Notes: a model not told the origin generated them from the sequence alone. A stretch of 64,000 bases of DNA from Octopus vulgaris (GCA_951406725.2 OX597819.1:74896001-74960000), one strand, 5' to 3'. Shown: positions 1-14,110, numbered from the stretch's first letter. A program made the numbers and translations.

Positions 1-9
1 CGTGCAGAT

Positions 10-17
10 ATTTATAC

Positions 18-65
<48 letters not shown>

Positions 66-86
66 CAAATATATGTACATATATCT

Positions 87-124
<38 letters not shown>

Positions 125-168
125 TAGATAGATAGATATATATACACATACAAATATATGTACATATA

Positions 169-218
<50 letters not shown>

Positions 219-222
219 CACA
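10..222. repeat. (TA)n/(TAGA)n microsatellite
   Basis: Long TA runs with a tagatagata block, directly visible. Confidence 0.95.
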
Positions 223-999
223 ATTTATTCCACATAATTTCGTAACCTTAATGAGGGAAATTAGTATTATTTAACCAGATTCGTATTTTGGGCAATTTAT
301 TTTAAGATATATGTTGCTTTTGTTGTTGTTGTTGTTGATTAGTCCCGGGTGAGCTTCCCTTGAACAGGCCTGTATTCCCGTTGGGATCATCACATCTTCA
401 ATCTTCGTAACAATCTCCCTCTCCCCCTCGCTCTCTCCCTCTCTCTCCCTTTCTCTCACTCCACTATCCAATGTGTCCTCTCTTTCTTTAATATAATCTG
501 GTGAGAAGAGATCCTTATTTTAATTTAATGTATTAATGTTATAATCATTACATACATATATTTTTTAAATTCTTTATTTAATTCTTAATTATATATAATT
601 ACTTTAATTATAAAATATCTAAATTTAATTTATTGTATAAATAGAATAGAAAAATTTAGTTGCTATTTTTAAAAGATCGACCGACCACGAAAATGTTCAT
701 TCCCTGAGCTAATTAATAGTCAGTTAATCCCGTTCCTATTCTTTCGTTGTAATTATTCGCAGACAACGACGGGACACCTCCTCGCTACTGACTTGACCGA
801 GAGACGCGATTCAGCCAAAACATCATAGCAATTGTAGCACACGACAGGTGAGGCTGGGAATTGGCTAACACTAGCAGAAGATGATGCATGTGAACTACGG
901 CATCCATCACTTTAGTCTCTGCTGCCGGACCTCGTCAGTAATTCATGCATTCCAAACTTTTAGTGATGCACGCTTTGTGTAGCCTGGGCTTCCTGGTTT

Positions 1000-1205
1000 A
1001 GAATTACTCTACGGATGTGGAAACTGGAAAGTGATAAAAACGGAAGGGAAACCAATGGACAACGTTCCAATTCACATGCTTAAAGAGAATACTGGACCAT
1101 CAAGTGGCTGTAAAGAGTCTGAAATGACACAATTGAGACGACAACAGGCATCAAGAAGATCAGTGACGAAATAAGACAATTGACTGAAATATGGGTCAAA
1201 CATCA
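1000..1205 (+). mobile_element. Degenerate RTE-like LINE ORF fragment
   Basis: Frameshifted translation resembles LLYGC.xW...FTCLKRIL.IKW...KKISDEIR of the RTE post-RT region. Confidence 0.45.
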
Positions 1206-1374
1206 CCTTAAATATGTAGTCGCCACTAAATATGGTAACTTGATGTGCTGTGGTCTTTGCTTAGTACTGAACAGACAGGGCTTTCAATGCAGATAACGTC
1301 AATTTATATTACATCTACGGTGGACTGTGTTAATCCTGTCTACTCCTCTATTCTCTCTCTTCCCGACAATATAT

Positions 1375-1597
1375 TTGTTTCTTTACTACCCACAAGGGGC
1401 TAAACACAGAGGAGACAGACAAAGGGATTTAGTCGATTATATCGACCCCAGTGCGTAACTGGTACTAAATTTATCGACCCCGAATGGATGAAAGCCAAAG
1501 TCGACCTCGGCGGAATTTGAACTCAGAACGTAACGGCAGACGAAATACGGCTACGCAGTTCGCCCGGCGTGCCAACGTTTCTGCCAGCTCGCCGCCC
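1375..1597 (-). mobile_element. tRNA-derived SINE, family A
   Basis: Reverse strand reads ggcgagctggcagaaacgttggcacg...gttctgagttcaaattcc (B box)...ggggtcgataaa...ccccttgtgggtagtaaagaaa; recurs many times in the window. Confidence 0.9.
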
Positions 1598-1985
1598 TCC
1601 TCGACAATATATTACATCAATGATGAGTTGTATTTTGTCCTGTCTAGACCTCCATTTTCTCCACAACAAACTGCAAGGAACATAAAATAGAGCGCCTGAC
1701 ATCATCACAATTTTTACATTGAAATGAAACTGCTCAAATTAAATACCATTTAGACATACTCAGTGCCACAGTAAGTTCAAGCTTTCACAATCTCCTTCGC
1801 TAAAGGCGCAGTTACCCCCAAACAACCACACACACATTTACATCAAAGTTCCACTATATACTGTCCGATGAATATTAGCTCTTCATTCAGTCGTAACTCA
1901 CATACAAAACATACATATGTAATAGTGAATGTAATGTTGGAAAGTTTGACATTCAGTTGTATATTTACGAGGATGAGGTGTAGAC

Positions 1986-2646
1986 CAGTGCTACCCAAAA
2001 TGGTAGTCCGCGGACCAGTGCCGGTACGCGGCGAGTTTCCAGAAAAGAAAGAAACAATAGCATAATTTCAGTAATTTTGCTTTATGCATTGCAGTAAACA
2101 ACTTATCAGCTTATGTAACATTGTATTATTTGTTTACAAAATAAATATAAGATGAATAAAATTGGAGTAAAGATTGTTTGCTAGCATAACATGGCAGTCC
2201 TGGTTTAGGACGAATGTTGCTGTAATTTAGCCCCAAGAGACATCATTTCCAGTTGGCTATACGACACGATTTGTGTCCTTATATTTTCGAACAAGGGATT
2301 CTAGCACCCCAACTCAGCTCAAAACAATATCTGTGCTGGATTCCTTTGTTCGAAAATATAAGGACACAGATCGTGTCGTATAGCCAGCTGGAGACTATGT
2401 TTCCTGGGGCTAAATTACAGCAACATTCGTCCTAAACTAGGACTGCCATATTATGTTGGCAAACAATCTTTACTCCAAAGTACTGTTGCTGAATATCTCT
2501 CGTTATGAAAAAAAATTGTCAACTTTTATTATATTCATTATATATATATATTGTTTCCGGTATAATTTAATATTACCATGAAATATTACCGGTCCCTGGC
2601 ACATTGGAAAACAAAACAAACACATCAGATAGTTTGAGAAGCACTA
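1986..2646. mobile_element. hAT (Charlie/MER5-like) non-autonomous DNA transposon
   Basis: TIR-like ends cagtgctacccaaa / tttgagaagcacta with imperfect 8-bp TSD gtgtagac (1978-1985) / gtctagac (2647-2654), the NTCTAGAN-type target. Confidence 0.7.
2162..2478. repeat. Long foldback inverted repeat (~145-bp arms) nested in the hAT element
   Basis: ttggagtaaagattgtttgc...ttatattttcgaacaagggattctagcac is mirrored by gtgctggattcctttgttcgaaaatataag...gcaaacaatctttactccaa. Confidence 0.9.
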
Positions 2647-3389
2647 GTCTAGACTACGTGCTCCAGTTCCTCCGATAATCTAATGTAATATGAATCGCAT
2701 TTGGTTTTGTAAGACGTCGTTGCCAACTGGCCAGTGTTAAAGTATTTTCTGGGCCTAAAAATAATGCCCTGCCGTTGGAATAGATCTCTGAATTGAATTA
2801 CTAATTTGTAATAGATCTCTAATTTGTTGCAAGAATATTAAGCAATCGAACCCAGATCACAATATCCGATGGCAAAAGAAAAAAGAATACTGAATAATAT
2901 GATAGCGATTGCCAACGCCATCAAAATTTCTGATCATTTGAAACTTCGTGTGGAGCCGGATCTAATAGCAATTTCATATTTGGTGCGCTTTTTATGAGCA
3001 AGACCACCACTGAATATTCAGCGCATTTTTTGGCCACTACGAGCGGACGGTGGACATCAGACCGGACACAGAACACGTAGCAAAACTAGCAGCTGACGAG
3101 GGCGCTGTCACAACGCTAAAACTATGAACGGAAAGTGACTGCAGCACACAATGATCAGCTAACATCACAGCAACGACTACTATTCTATAGAATCCAACAA
3201 CAATAATCTTCGAACTATTTCAGTGTTTGTCGTTCGTAGTAACAACAATATTGCCCCACCCCAATAAAAATGAATATTTATCTTATCTGATTTCAGTGTT
3301 CTTTATCGTAACAAATTTAGATATCAAACACTAACTCTATCAAGTCCCGCAGTTGTCTCAAATCTTAATCTAAAATATAGTGTGAGTAT

Positions 3390-5348
3390 AGCAACAGGAA
3401 AAAGCGCAATAGGTCAGCCAACCACCTCAAGCAGGTGACAAAAAAAGCAGTGCTTGAATTTGAACAACGCATTGCAGCTAACCCTGACAGCAAAGTATTC
3501 TGGAAGTATGTGCACTCAAAGCAGAGACCCCACTCTCCAGTTGGTCCCCTTCGCAATCCCCACACAGGACAGATTACTGGTAATCCCGAAGAATGTGCAG
3601 AAATCATTGCTGGATGCTATGCCGACATCTTTACTGTCGAAGACCAAAATGTTCCATCTTCATCACCACTGACATCGGACTCTATATCTACTATGCAATT
3701 TACACCAGCAATGCTGCAACGCCACCTAAAGAATAAACGCAATTATGCCTCTCCTGGTCTCGATGGTGTTACATACCTACTTCTCAAACGCGGTGGGTAC
3801 TTTCTTCTAAGCCAACTTTCTCTATTCTTCCAATTCTGTCTTGACAATGGTGTTACTCCAGAACAGTGGAAAACTGCCAGTGTCATCCCTCTGTTCAAAA
3901 AGGCGACCGCACATCGCCTGTCAACTATCGCCCCGTCAGTGTTACTAGCTGCATCGCCAAACTGATGGAATCCTGTATCAGAGAAACCCTCTGGAACTTC
4001 TAGAAGTCTCACAGCCTCATCCAGCCGTCACAATTCGGATTTATTCCTAACTCCAGCTGCTGTAATCAACTCATCGAGTTTCTTGAGGACGTTACCCAAA
4101 TCACTGATTACCTGGACTTTGCTAAGGCTTTTAACTCTGTGCCACACAAAAGACATGGTGAAGCTTTCTGCGTTGGGTGTGAGAGACGAACTCTATAACT
4201 GGTTAAAGTCCTTTATTTTCAGCCGAAAAGAGGTTGTCACAGTTCTAGGACAGCACTCTTCGCCCTATGAGATGACATCTGGTGTACCACAGGGATCTGT
4301 TCTTGGCCCCCTTTTATTTGTTGCATATGTTAATGACATAGATGCCAACTTAAAGAATGCCATAGTGCTGAAATATGCAGATGACATCAAGCTGTACCTC
4401 GAAATAAAGAGGTCAAATCCTGTACACTATAGATCTCTATTGCAAGCAGACCTGGACACAATGCAGCAGTGGATCATGGACTGGCAACTCAAGCTGGCTG
4501 TGGACAAATGTACCACCATGCATTTTGGGAGGAGAAACCCAGCGTCCACCTACTCCCTCCACAACACTAGTCTCAAAAAGTCTTCATGTGAACGTGACCT
4601 GGGTGTTACTGTCGACAGTGATTTGCGCTGGACAAAACACATCGCTAAAATTGTCAAGAAGGCTGAGGGTGTCTTGGCATCACCCACCAAATCCTTTGTG
4701 AGCCGCTCTCCGGCTATCTATCTGCGGCTTTATATAGCTATGGTAAGACCTCACCTGGAATTTGCATCACCGGTCTGGAACCCCTATCTTGCCCAGGACA
4801 TCAATCGTCTGGAAGCTGTTCAGCGACGTGCAACCAAAAGAATACCCTCCATCAGGCATTTGCCATATCCTGAACGCCTTACTTCCCTGGGCATGGACAC
4901 ATTGAAACTCCGACGTCTGGCAGCTGACTTGGCAGACACCCATAAAATTATCAACCATCGCACAAACAATAACTCTGAGCACCTCTTCAAACTCCACCCA
5001 TCTAACACCCGTGGACATATTTACAAAGTAAGAAAACAGCACAGCTCCCATGACTTCAGGAAACATTTTTTCACGCTGAGAGTTGCTGAAGCATGGAACA
5101 AACTGCCGGCATCGGTTGTTAGTTGTCGGAGCACTGCATCCTTCAAAACTTCCATGCTTCCTGAGATTCGCCAACACTACACTTGATTTTCTCCCCTCCA
5201 TACACACACAAGCATGTATCTGACTCATACATTGTTCGCTTTCCAGACATTTCTACATTACTGCATGTACTTTATATGCACTTTCTGACAAGTTGTGGTG
5301 CACCTGAGCACTGTATACAATAATTTCATTATTATTATTATTATTATA
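3390..5348 (+). mobile_element. 5'-truncated, disrupted CR1/L2-type LINE (ORF2 reverse transcriptase) with (ATT)n tail
   Basis: ORFs 3435-3965 and 4083-5186 carry SPGLDG, WKTASVIPLFKK, GVPQGSVLGPLLF, KYADD, RPHLEFASPVWNP, FFTLRVAEAWNKLP; frameshifts and a stop between them; ~150-bp 3' UTR then attattatt. Confidence 0.93.
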
Positions 5349-5859
5349 TATATAGCACCCCATCCATCTCAGAATTATGATTCCTATTATCGAGACAACG
5401 CCATAAATTTGATGAGAGAGTGCAGTCAATTAAATCAAGCCCAGTATTTGATAAATGCTTTATTTTATCGACTCTGGGGAGACAAAATGAGCTACGGCAG
5501 GATTTGAACTCAGAACATAAACAGATGTTGACTAATATGCTCTCTGATTTTTGTTTGTGAGTGTATACAGTTTGTCGGTACTTTTTGGTTATCTCACCCC
5601 CTTTAAAAAATTGGAGTATCTCCCCCAACTAAAAAAATTGCTTAACCCTCAATAAAACAAAAACAAAAATGAAAAATTAATAAACATGAAAAGCGAAAAA
5701 TGTTTTTATAGCAAATCCTATCCTGCCTAGTGAGGGGGCCAAAAGTCAACAATGTGTTGAAGTATAGAATCAAAAGGATCTAAACCCTTTTAATCCAATC
5801 TCTTCTCCCCATATAAACTCAACTTTTTAGTGGGGAGATAACCCAAGTTTTTAATTCTT

Positions 5860-6240
5860 TTCTATTCTAGGCACAAGGCACGAAATTTTGGGGGAGGGGG
5901 CCCAGTCGATTACATTGACCTCAGTACGCAACTGGTACTTAATTTATCGATCCCGAAAGGAAGAAAGGCAAAGTCGACCTCGGCGGACTTTGAACTCAGA
6001 GCATAAAAACAGACGAAATACAGCTAAGCATTTCGCCCAGCGTGCTAACGTTTCTTTTTCCTTTATTGCCCACAAGGGGCTAAATATAGAGGGGACAAAT
6101 AAGGACAAAGGGATTAAGTCGATTATATCGACCCCAGTGCGTAACTGGTACTTATTTAATCGACCCCGAAAGGATAAAGGCAAAGTCGACCTCGGCGGAA
6201 TTTCGCCCGGTGGGCTAACGTATCTGTCAGCTCGCCACCT
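5860..6240 (-). mobile_element. Two adjacent family-A SINE copies
   Basis: Two repeats of aactggtactt...aaaggcaaagtcgacctcggcgga. Confidence 0.85.
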
Positions 6241-7137
6241 TAACCCAGTTTTTCAATGGCAATTTTTTAATGGGGGTGAGATAAGCAAAAAGTACCAGTT
6301 TGTCTTTATTTACAAACATATACCACTATCTTCAATTAAATTCGATTTTATCTTGAAAACCTTGCGTGCTTGCATATGTTTTCCTTCGTATCCTGGTTGT
6401 AAAATACACATGCGCTCACACAATCGCACAGCTGATAGGGGCCAGTGACGTTAACAAAAGACGATGGACATATTTTGTCTGATGAAGATTCTACTGTTAC
6501 CCAACTTCGTCTAAGTCGGAATTGCGGTCTCATATTTTGGCATAAAGCCATCAATTTTTAAGGGACGGTGAATCGGTTATATAGACCCACGCGCTCAGCT
6601 GGTACTTATTTTACCAACCCCCGAAAGGATGAAAAACAAAATCGAGCTTGGCGGTATTTGAACCTAGAACATAAACCGGAAAAAAATGCAGTTAAGCGTT
6701 AAATTGTCAGCTTCGCATCTTATTACCTCAAAACTGATACTCCGTCGGTTGCGACAACGAGGGTTCCAGTTGATCCCATCAATGAGACAGCCTGTTCCTG
6801 AAATTAACCTGTAAGTGGCTGAATAATCAACAGACGCGCGTGCCCATAATATAGTTCTCAAGGAATTCAGAGTGATACAGAATGTGACAAAGCTGACCCT
6901 TTCGAATACTGCTATAACTAATTTTTGCCAGCTGAGCGAACTAAAACAGTATGAAATAAAGTATCACAGTGTGTCGCCAGGAATTGAACTCACAACCTTA
7001 CGAACTTGAACCGGATACTCTAACCCCTACACCATATGCCTTGAGTACCTCCAAAATGAGAAACGGAAACATCCCGTCACCAGAGTTTTCTCCCTTCGAA
7101 GCACCTGAGTTGTCTCTCTTGTTCATGTTATTTGCTT

Positions 7138-7938
7138 TTATTTCTTTACTATCCACAAGGGGCTAAACACAGAGGGGACAAACAAGGACAGACAAAGGGA
7201 TTAAGTCGATTATATCGACTCCAGTGCGTAACTAGTACTTAATTTATCGACCCCGAAAGGATGAAAGGCAAAGTCGACCTCGGCGGAATTTGAACTCAGA
7301 ATGTAACGGCAGACAAAATACCTAACGTAACGGCAGACGAAATACCACAAGGGGCTAACACAGAGAGGACAAACAAGGACAGACAAACAGATTAAGTCGA
7401 TTATATCGACCCCAGTGCGTAACTGGTACTTATTTTATCGACCCCGAAAGGATGAAAGGCAAAGTCGACCTCGGCGGAATTTGAACTCGGAACGTAACGG
7501 CAGACGAAATACCTATTTCTTTACTACCCACAAGGGGCTAAACACAGAGAGGACAAACAAGGACAGACAAACGGATTAAGTCGATTATATCGACTCCAGT
7601 GCGTAACTGGTACTTATTTAATCGACCCCGAAAGGATGAAAGGCAAAGTCAACCTCGGCTGAATTTGAACTCAGAACGTAACGGCAGACGAAATACCGCT
7701 AAGCATTTCGCTGGACGTGCTGGCAGAAACGTTAGCGCACCGGGCGAAATGCTTAGCGGTATTTCATCTGTCTTTATGTTCTGAGTTCAAATTCCGCTGA
7801 GGTCGACTTTGCCTTTCATCCTTTTGGGGTCGATAAATTAAGTATCAGTTATGCACTGGGGTCGATGTGACCGACTTAATCACTTTGTCCTTGTTTGTTC
7901 CCGCTATGTTTAGCCCCCTGCGAGCAATAAAGAAATAA
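7138..7938. mobile_element. Family-A SINE cluster: three tandem minus copies plus one inverted plus copy
   Basis: ccacaaggggctaa...gaactcagaacgtaacggcagacgaaatacc occurs three times (7138-7720); the reverse complement follows at 7720-7938. Confidence 0.9.
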
Positions 7939-8394
7939 ATATGGTTTCCCCACCGCCCCACGAAATTCACTCTTTTTAGCTTTCAAATCAGCAGAGAATT
8001 AAATCAACGGAAAGATCGGTTGGAGTTTTTATTAGATTTCCTTTGTTTTTTTATTGTATTTGTTATTATCGACACCCACCACCACCCCACCTGCCTCCAC
8101 CAACGTTTCTGCCAACTAATACCCTTTCTCTTTTTTCTCTATCTACCATTTCCTCACTCTTTCTCTCTGTCCTTCTCTCTTTGTCTCTACTGTTGTTTGG
8201 CAGAATCAGATAGAACACTATGCAGTATGACAACATTTAGAATACTGAAACAGAAAGTTTAATAATATTCTAGACACACCTGGTACTCCACCCCTGTATC
8301 ATAACCCCACCACCACCATTAGCTCTAGAATATTATTAAACTTTCTGTTTGATGATGATGATGTAACGAAATACTGCATAGTGTTCTGATTTTT

Positions 8395-8825
8395 TTTTCT
8401 ACTCTAAGCTCAAGGCTCTAAATTTTGGGGGAGGGTCAGTCAATAAGATCGACCCCAGTACACAACTGGTACTTAATTTATTGACCCTGAATGGATGAAA
8501 GGTAAAGTCAACCTCGGTGGAATTTGAACTCAGAACATAAAGACAGACGAAATACCGCCAAGCATTTTGTCTGGCATGCTGACATTTCTGCCAGTTCACA
8601 GCCTTTAAAATACATATTCCTTTCAACTTTAGGCACAAGGCCCGAAATTTTGGGGGAAGGGGCCAGTTGCTTAGATCAACCCCAGTATGCAACTGGTACT
8701 TAATTTATCGATCCCAAAAAGATGAAAGGCAAAGCTGACCTCAGCGGAATTTGAACTCAGAACATAAAGACAGACAAAATACTGCTAAGCATTTCACCCA
8801 GCATGCTACTGTTTCTGCCAGCTCC
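8395..8825 (-). mobile_element. Two tandem family-A SINE copies
   Basis: Same core motif twice. Confidence 0.85.
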
Positions 8826-9044
8826 CCCCACTGCATTTTCTTGTTTGATTTATATTATTGTTCAGTTTCAACATCAGACAATTTCTTTCATTACAGCTGC
8901 AAATGGGTATCCCTGTGACCAAATAGCTTTCTGATCATCCTGCCTAACCAGCAACGTGGCATCATTCGAAAGCTAAAACAATGGAAAGCGCATTGTGACT
9001 AGCAATGTATAACGTAATCTGATAGTCTGGTCAATCATGCGATA

Positions 9045-9797
9045 TGTATCATCATCATCCCCATCATCATCATCATCATTATCATCATCATCATCATCTA
9101 ACGTCTGGTTTCCATACTGGCGTGGGTTTGGACAGTTTTGCTGAAAACTGGTAACCCGGGGAGCTGCACCAGGTTCTCATCTCATTTGACATGGTTTTCT
9201 ACAGCTTGATGCCCTTCCTAATGCCAACCCTTCCGAGAGTGTAGTGGGTGTTTTTTATGTGTCACTGGCACAAGTGCTATTGACCTGGCACTGGCATCAG
9301 CCACAGTTACAGTATCACTTGGCTTGACAGGTCTACACAAGCATGGTATATGTCAAAGCCACTGCCTCCATAAGGCCCAATCCTTGAATGGTGCTTTTTT
9401 ATGTGCCACCAGCACAGGTGCCAGTCAAATAGCACTGGCATCGGCCACGACTATGACTTCACTCTGCTTGACGTGTGTGTGTGTGTGTGTGCATGCACGC
9501 GTGCGTGTATGTGGCCGTCTGCCAGCTTCGTCTGGCACCTGTGTTGGTGGCACATAAAAAACACCATCCGAGCGTGGCCGTTCGCCAGCCTCGTCTGGCA
9601 CCTGTGTTAGCGCGCATAAAATCACCCACTACACTCTCGGAGTGGTTGGCGTTAGGAAAGGCATCCAGCTGTAGAAACACTGCCAGATCTGACTGGCCTG
9701 GTGCAGCCTTCGGGCTCCCCAGACCCCAGTTGAACCGTCCAACCCATGCTAGCATGGAAAGCGGACGTTAAATGATGATGATGATGATGATGATGAT
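9045..9797. mobile_element. Inverted pair of family-B elements (RTE-like 3' end, (GAT)n tail)
   Basis: (cat)n...gatgcccttcctaatgccaacc, and the opposite orientation ggttggcgttaggaaaggcatccagc...aacccatgctagcatggaaagcggacgttaaa(tga)n; other copies near 11240, 32030-32400, 36125, 36770, 42260, 44605, 53690-54365, 61858. Confidence 0.8.
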
Positions 9798-11739
9798 TGT
9801 GTGTGTGTATACACAGTAGGCTTCCTTCACTTTCCTTCCACCAAATCCATTCAAAAGGTTTTGATCAGCTCAGGACTCCAGCAAAAGACATATCCCCAGG
9901 GTGCCACTCAGTGGGACTGAACTCAGAATTATGTAGTTGGGAAGCAAACATCCCCCCCCCCACACACACACACACACAATCATGAGCTTGTAGTTTTGAT
10001 TCCCAGACCAGCTGCTATACGTTGTGTTCTTGAGCAAGGACCATTTGTTTCATGTTGCTGCAGTTCATTCACCTGTAGATGGGTGACTGTGCAATGGAAT
10101 AGGCTTTTGATCAGGGTTGATTTGTTCAACTAAAGGCGGTGCTCCAGCATGGCCACAGTCAAATGACTGGAACAAGTCAAAGAATAAAAGAATATATATA
10201 TATGTATATATATATATTACAGGCTTCTTTCAGTTTCCATTTACCAAATCCACTCACAAGGTTTTTGTCAGCCCAGGGTTATTGTAGAAGACACCTGCAT
10301 AAGGTGTTGCAAAGTGAGCTTGAACCTAAGAGCACCTGCTTGCAAAGCAAGCTTCTCAACCACACAACCAGTCAATAAATATTGGACTTACTGATGAATG
10401 CCATTTGATAACCTCACGCTGGTTGTTAGTCTCTGATAAAATGCCAACACACAGGGTGGAAATAATTGAAATATTTTCTCCAGTGGGGGTAGACTATCAA
10501 GACTGACATATATTCTCAAGAAGAATTAGGACATAATTCTTTCAAATTTCTGGAATTCCTATTGATGAAATTCATGAAAAAAATTATTGGCAATAAAACA
10601 GAAATGGTAGTGCTCCAGCATGGCCACTGCCTTTGGGCTGAAACATATAAAGGAGTAAAGAAACAGAACTCAGACTTAAGGTCTTTTCTTTGAAAACTCT
10701 GGGGCTTGAACACATATCTGATTATGAAATACATAACTTTCTTTTTAGTAATTCTTTTGCAGTTGCCAGCATTGTGAAGAAGGAAATTTCAGAAAAGACA
10801 AAGATTTGAAGGAATTTTCATTGGCATCTATTGAAACAAGACACAAAAACAATAATTTATTTCACAAAAATTTTTTAAAGTGTTACTTTGTGTAAGAATT
10901 TATGTCATCAGTATTGCATAATTGGCTAAATGTTGGTTTCACCATTTAAAGAGACATTTTTAATGATGATATTTAAAGAAAGAAAACAGAACAACTGTCA
11001 CAAAAGTCAGTCAAACATTACAATGATTTGTTTTTTACAAAATTTGTTAGCAAGAAAACAGTATCTGTCCTTCAGTTAAGTAAAACTGAGATGACTTAAC
11101 ATGGGTTGTGTGACTCATTCAGTAAGTGCACAAACAGCCCACAACACCCTTGAGTGAAACAAATGTAGGGAGAACAGTTTGAATATGCTTACTGTGTAAC
11201 TTATTTGAGCCTGGCAGCCATTGCATGCAGTCAGTACATCATCATCATCATCGTTTAACATCCGTTTTCCATGCTGGCATGGGTTGGATGGTTCCACTGG
11301 GGTCTGGAAAGCCAGGAGGCTTCACCAGACTACCAGTCTGATCTAGCAATGTTTCTACAGCTGGATGCCCTTACTAATGCCAACCATTCAGAGAGTGTAG
11401 TGGGTGCTTTTTATGTGCCACCGGCCCAGGGGCCAGAGGGGGCTGGCATCAACCACAATCGAATGGTGCTTTTTACATACCACCAGCACAGGGATCACAA
11501 CTACAATTTCCATTTGATTGTGATTTGATTTCATTTTGATGTTGATGTACTTGTCTCAGTAGGTCTCCTCATTTTTTAAGAGGAAGTTATGACTTCCAAA
11601 GTTATTTGTGGTAAGGGTGTTGCATTCATGATTGCCAGATTGTAGGTTCAATTTCTGGACCAAGTGGTGCATTGTGTTCTTAAGCACTTCACTTCACATA
11701 GCTCTAATTCACTCAGCTGACAAAGTGGGTGTCAGATGA

Positions 11740-14110
11740 AAAGAGGAGGGGAGTTGAACGCATGTGGTGGAAAGGAGCAAAAAGAGAAGATTAATTCCTG
11801 TTCACAGCAAAGGCAGGAGTCTGTATCGCCCCTCTGAAAAGACAGTCCGAACACAGACAGATGTTGTAGTGAATGACTGGTAGAGCGGGAACAGCACAAG
11901 ACCGGGGTGTCATTGCTGAGTCTGATATCTCAGAGGTGCTCTGCAAATTGGTCAACCAAGCGACATCCTGTTTGACCAGTGTACAGGGATGGGAAGAAAG
12001 AACAGGAGATGCAGTAAATGACATTGCTGGAAGTGTAGGTAAAGGAGTTGGTGATGTGATAGGAACAATGATGGGTGCCTGTGAGGGTGATGGTGTTGGA
12101 GAGGTAGGGGCAAGTATGGCAGCGTGGGTTGGAGCAGGGGAAGGAACCAGGCTGGAAGGTGGTGTTGTGGAAGAAACTGTGGACCAAGAAGTCATGCAGG
12201 TTATGTGCTCATTTGAAGTAGGAAAGGGGTAGAGTGGGGAAGATGTGCAAGGTGGAGGGTCAGACTGGAGTCACTGGAAGGCTCGGAGAACGGTGCGTTG
12301 GAGGGGTGGTAACTGAGGGGAGACAAGAAATGGGCAACAGCAGGGTGGTGTGGGGAGAAAGATCAGAGGCACGGTCCATGGAACATGTCCTGGCAAACAC
12401 AGTGTGGATAGTGGTGAGGAGATATCCACGAAGGATGAAATAGCAAGCCATGAGTTGAGACTGAGTCTCTAAGTCATGGTTATTACTGCAGAGGCTGTGC
12501 AGACAGAGAAATTGGGAGTAGGAGATGGAGAGCTTGGTGTGGGTAGGGGGAAGAGGAGAATTTAAGGTAGGAGTGTGAGTTGGTGTGTTTGTAGTGGATG
12601 AAAGTAGTGTGGAGGTCTCAGGTTGGGGGTTGGGTCGGAAGTCTAGGAAGTGTTTGAGGGCAAGAAGTCCTTTGTTGTGTGAGATCACCATATACAGACT
12701 CTTGATATCAAGAATGAAGAGAAGTTTAGAGGGGCCAGGATAGAAGTAGAAAGAGTTAAAGAGATGGTGAGCATGGGGAGGGAAGCCAGTTGGGGGGCAA
12801 GGACACGGTCGAAGCATATAGAGATCAATTCCATAGGGCAGTTGCAGGCAGAGATGATGGGGCAGCCAGGGTTGTTGGGCTTGTGGATTTTGGGAAGGAA
12901 GTAAATGGTGCGGGTGCATGGAGTGCGGATAATGAAGTTGGAGGCAGTGAGAGGGAGACAGGAGGAGGAAATGAGGTCATGAATAGGGAGGATACAGTCT
13001 CTTGGTAGTTAGGCATGGGGTTGGAGGGCAGAGGGTAATAGAAAGAGGTGTCTTGAAGTTGGTGGAGAGCTTCAGCCTTGTAGAGATCTGCACACCACAG
13101 CTCCACCCTTGTTGGCTGGTTTTATGACAACATGTTTTTGGCGACAGAGACATCAGAATGCCAAGAGTTCAGCCGGGGAGATGTTGAGTTGTTGGGGACA
13201 CCTGCGAAAGTTGAACCAGTTCACATGTTGGCAGACGCTTCCAAAATGATCAACTGCTTGGAACTGGCCAGTGGGGTGGTCAACGGCCCAGGTCGGTGAA
13301 GCAGTCCTCTTCATTAGATGTAGGTGGAGTGTTGTGGAAAAGTGCATAAAGCCTGATGTGGTGCACAAAGTTATGACTATCAGCATGGGTCTGAAACTTG
13401 TTACTGGATGAAGTGAAGGGGATGAACCGCAGACCCTTACTGAGAAGAGAGCGCTTCACCTCAGAGAGAGGAAGATCAGGAGGAATGGTAACAACAGACT
13501 GAAGTGGGGAGGGGTGGATAAGTTAGATGGGGGGGCGGAGGCAGTGGAAGGCTGGGAGGAGGGAGAGGAGGACGTGCATAGGGGTCAGAGTAATGGAAGG
13601 GTGGGAGTGAGGATGAGGGGGTGGATCGGAGATGGAGGGGTGGGATGGCTATAGTGGCATCAGGTGGGACAGAATGAAGGAGTGAGTAGAGTTTATGTTG
13701 TTTAGTGCAAGTGAGGAGCTCATGGGAAAGATTATTTAAATGGCATATGAAGCATAGAGTGGAGTGTGCATAGGAAGGCGAAAGGCAGGAGAAAAAGGTG
13801 GAATATGCGAGAAGGAGAAGGCAGTGGAGGATGTGTATTTTGGAGATATTAGAATGAATGGTGGCACACATAAGGCTGTACGAAGTAGTACAGAGTGTGG
13901 GTAGGATGACAGAAGCAGAGTGAAAGTGGGGTGGAAATGGAGGAGGAAGCCTTTGGGGACGAGGTGGTGGTGAAGGTGGTGACTGAGAAAGGAAACATGG
14001 CCACAGGCGCGTGCTTTTTGAAAATCAGTAGGGAAAGATTAATAGAAGGTTGAAGGCAGTGGAAAGGAGCCGTGGAAAAGTGTTCCTTTAGACGGTGTTG
14101 AGGAAGGATT
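11740..14110 (-). mobile_element. Degenerate Penelope-like retroelement (RT + GIY-YIG endonuclease)
   Basis: Minus frames give LFILDIKSLY..ISHNKGL.AL.HFL (PLE RT), SISYSQFL.L..LCS, and PCSNPRCHTCPY...SSNVIYCISC...LYTGQTG.RL..F.EHL (GIY-YIG with Cys linker); many stops and an internal RT deletion. Confidence 0.85.

Noticed and set aside
12-471. Short ORFs at the window start, and similar YI/HT/CV-repeat ORFs elsewhere
   Set aside because: Translations of microsatellites and SINEs with no recognisable protein or supporting exon structure.
4083-5186. 367-aa RT ORF as an active or domesticated gene
   Set aside because: The upstream part is frameshifted and has a stop, the endonuclease is absent, and a LINE tail follows.
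7138-7720. SINE trimer as a CRISPR-like or ncRNA array
   Set aside because: The units are copies of a SINE dispersed throughout the window.
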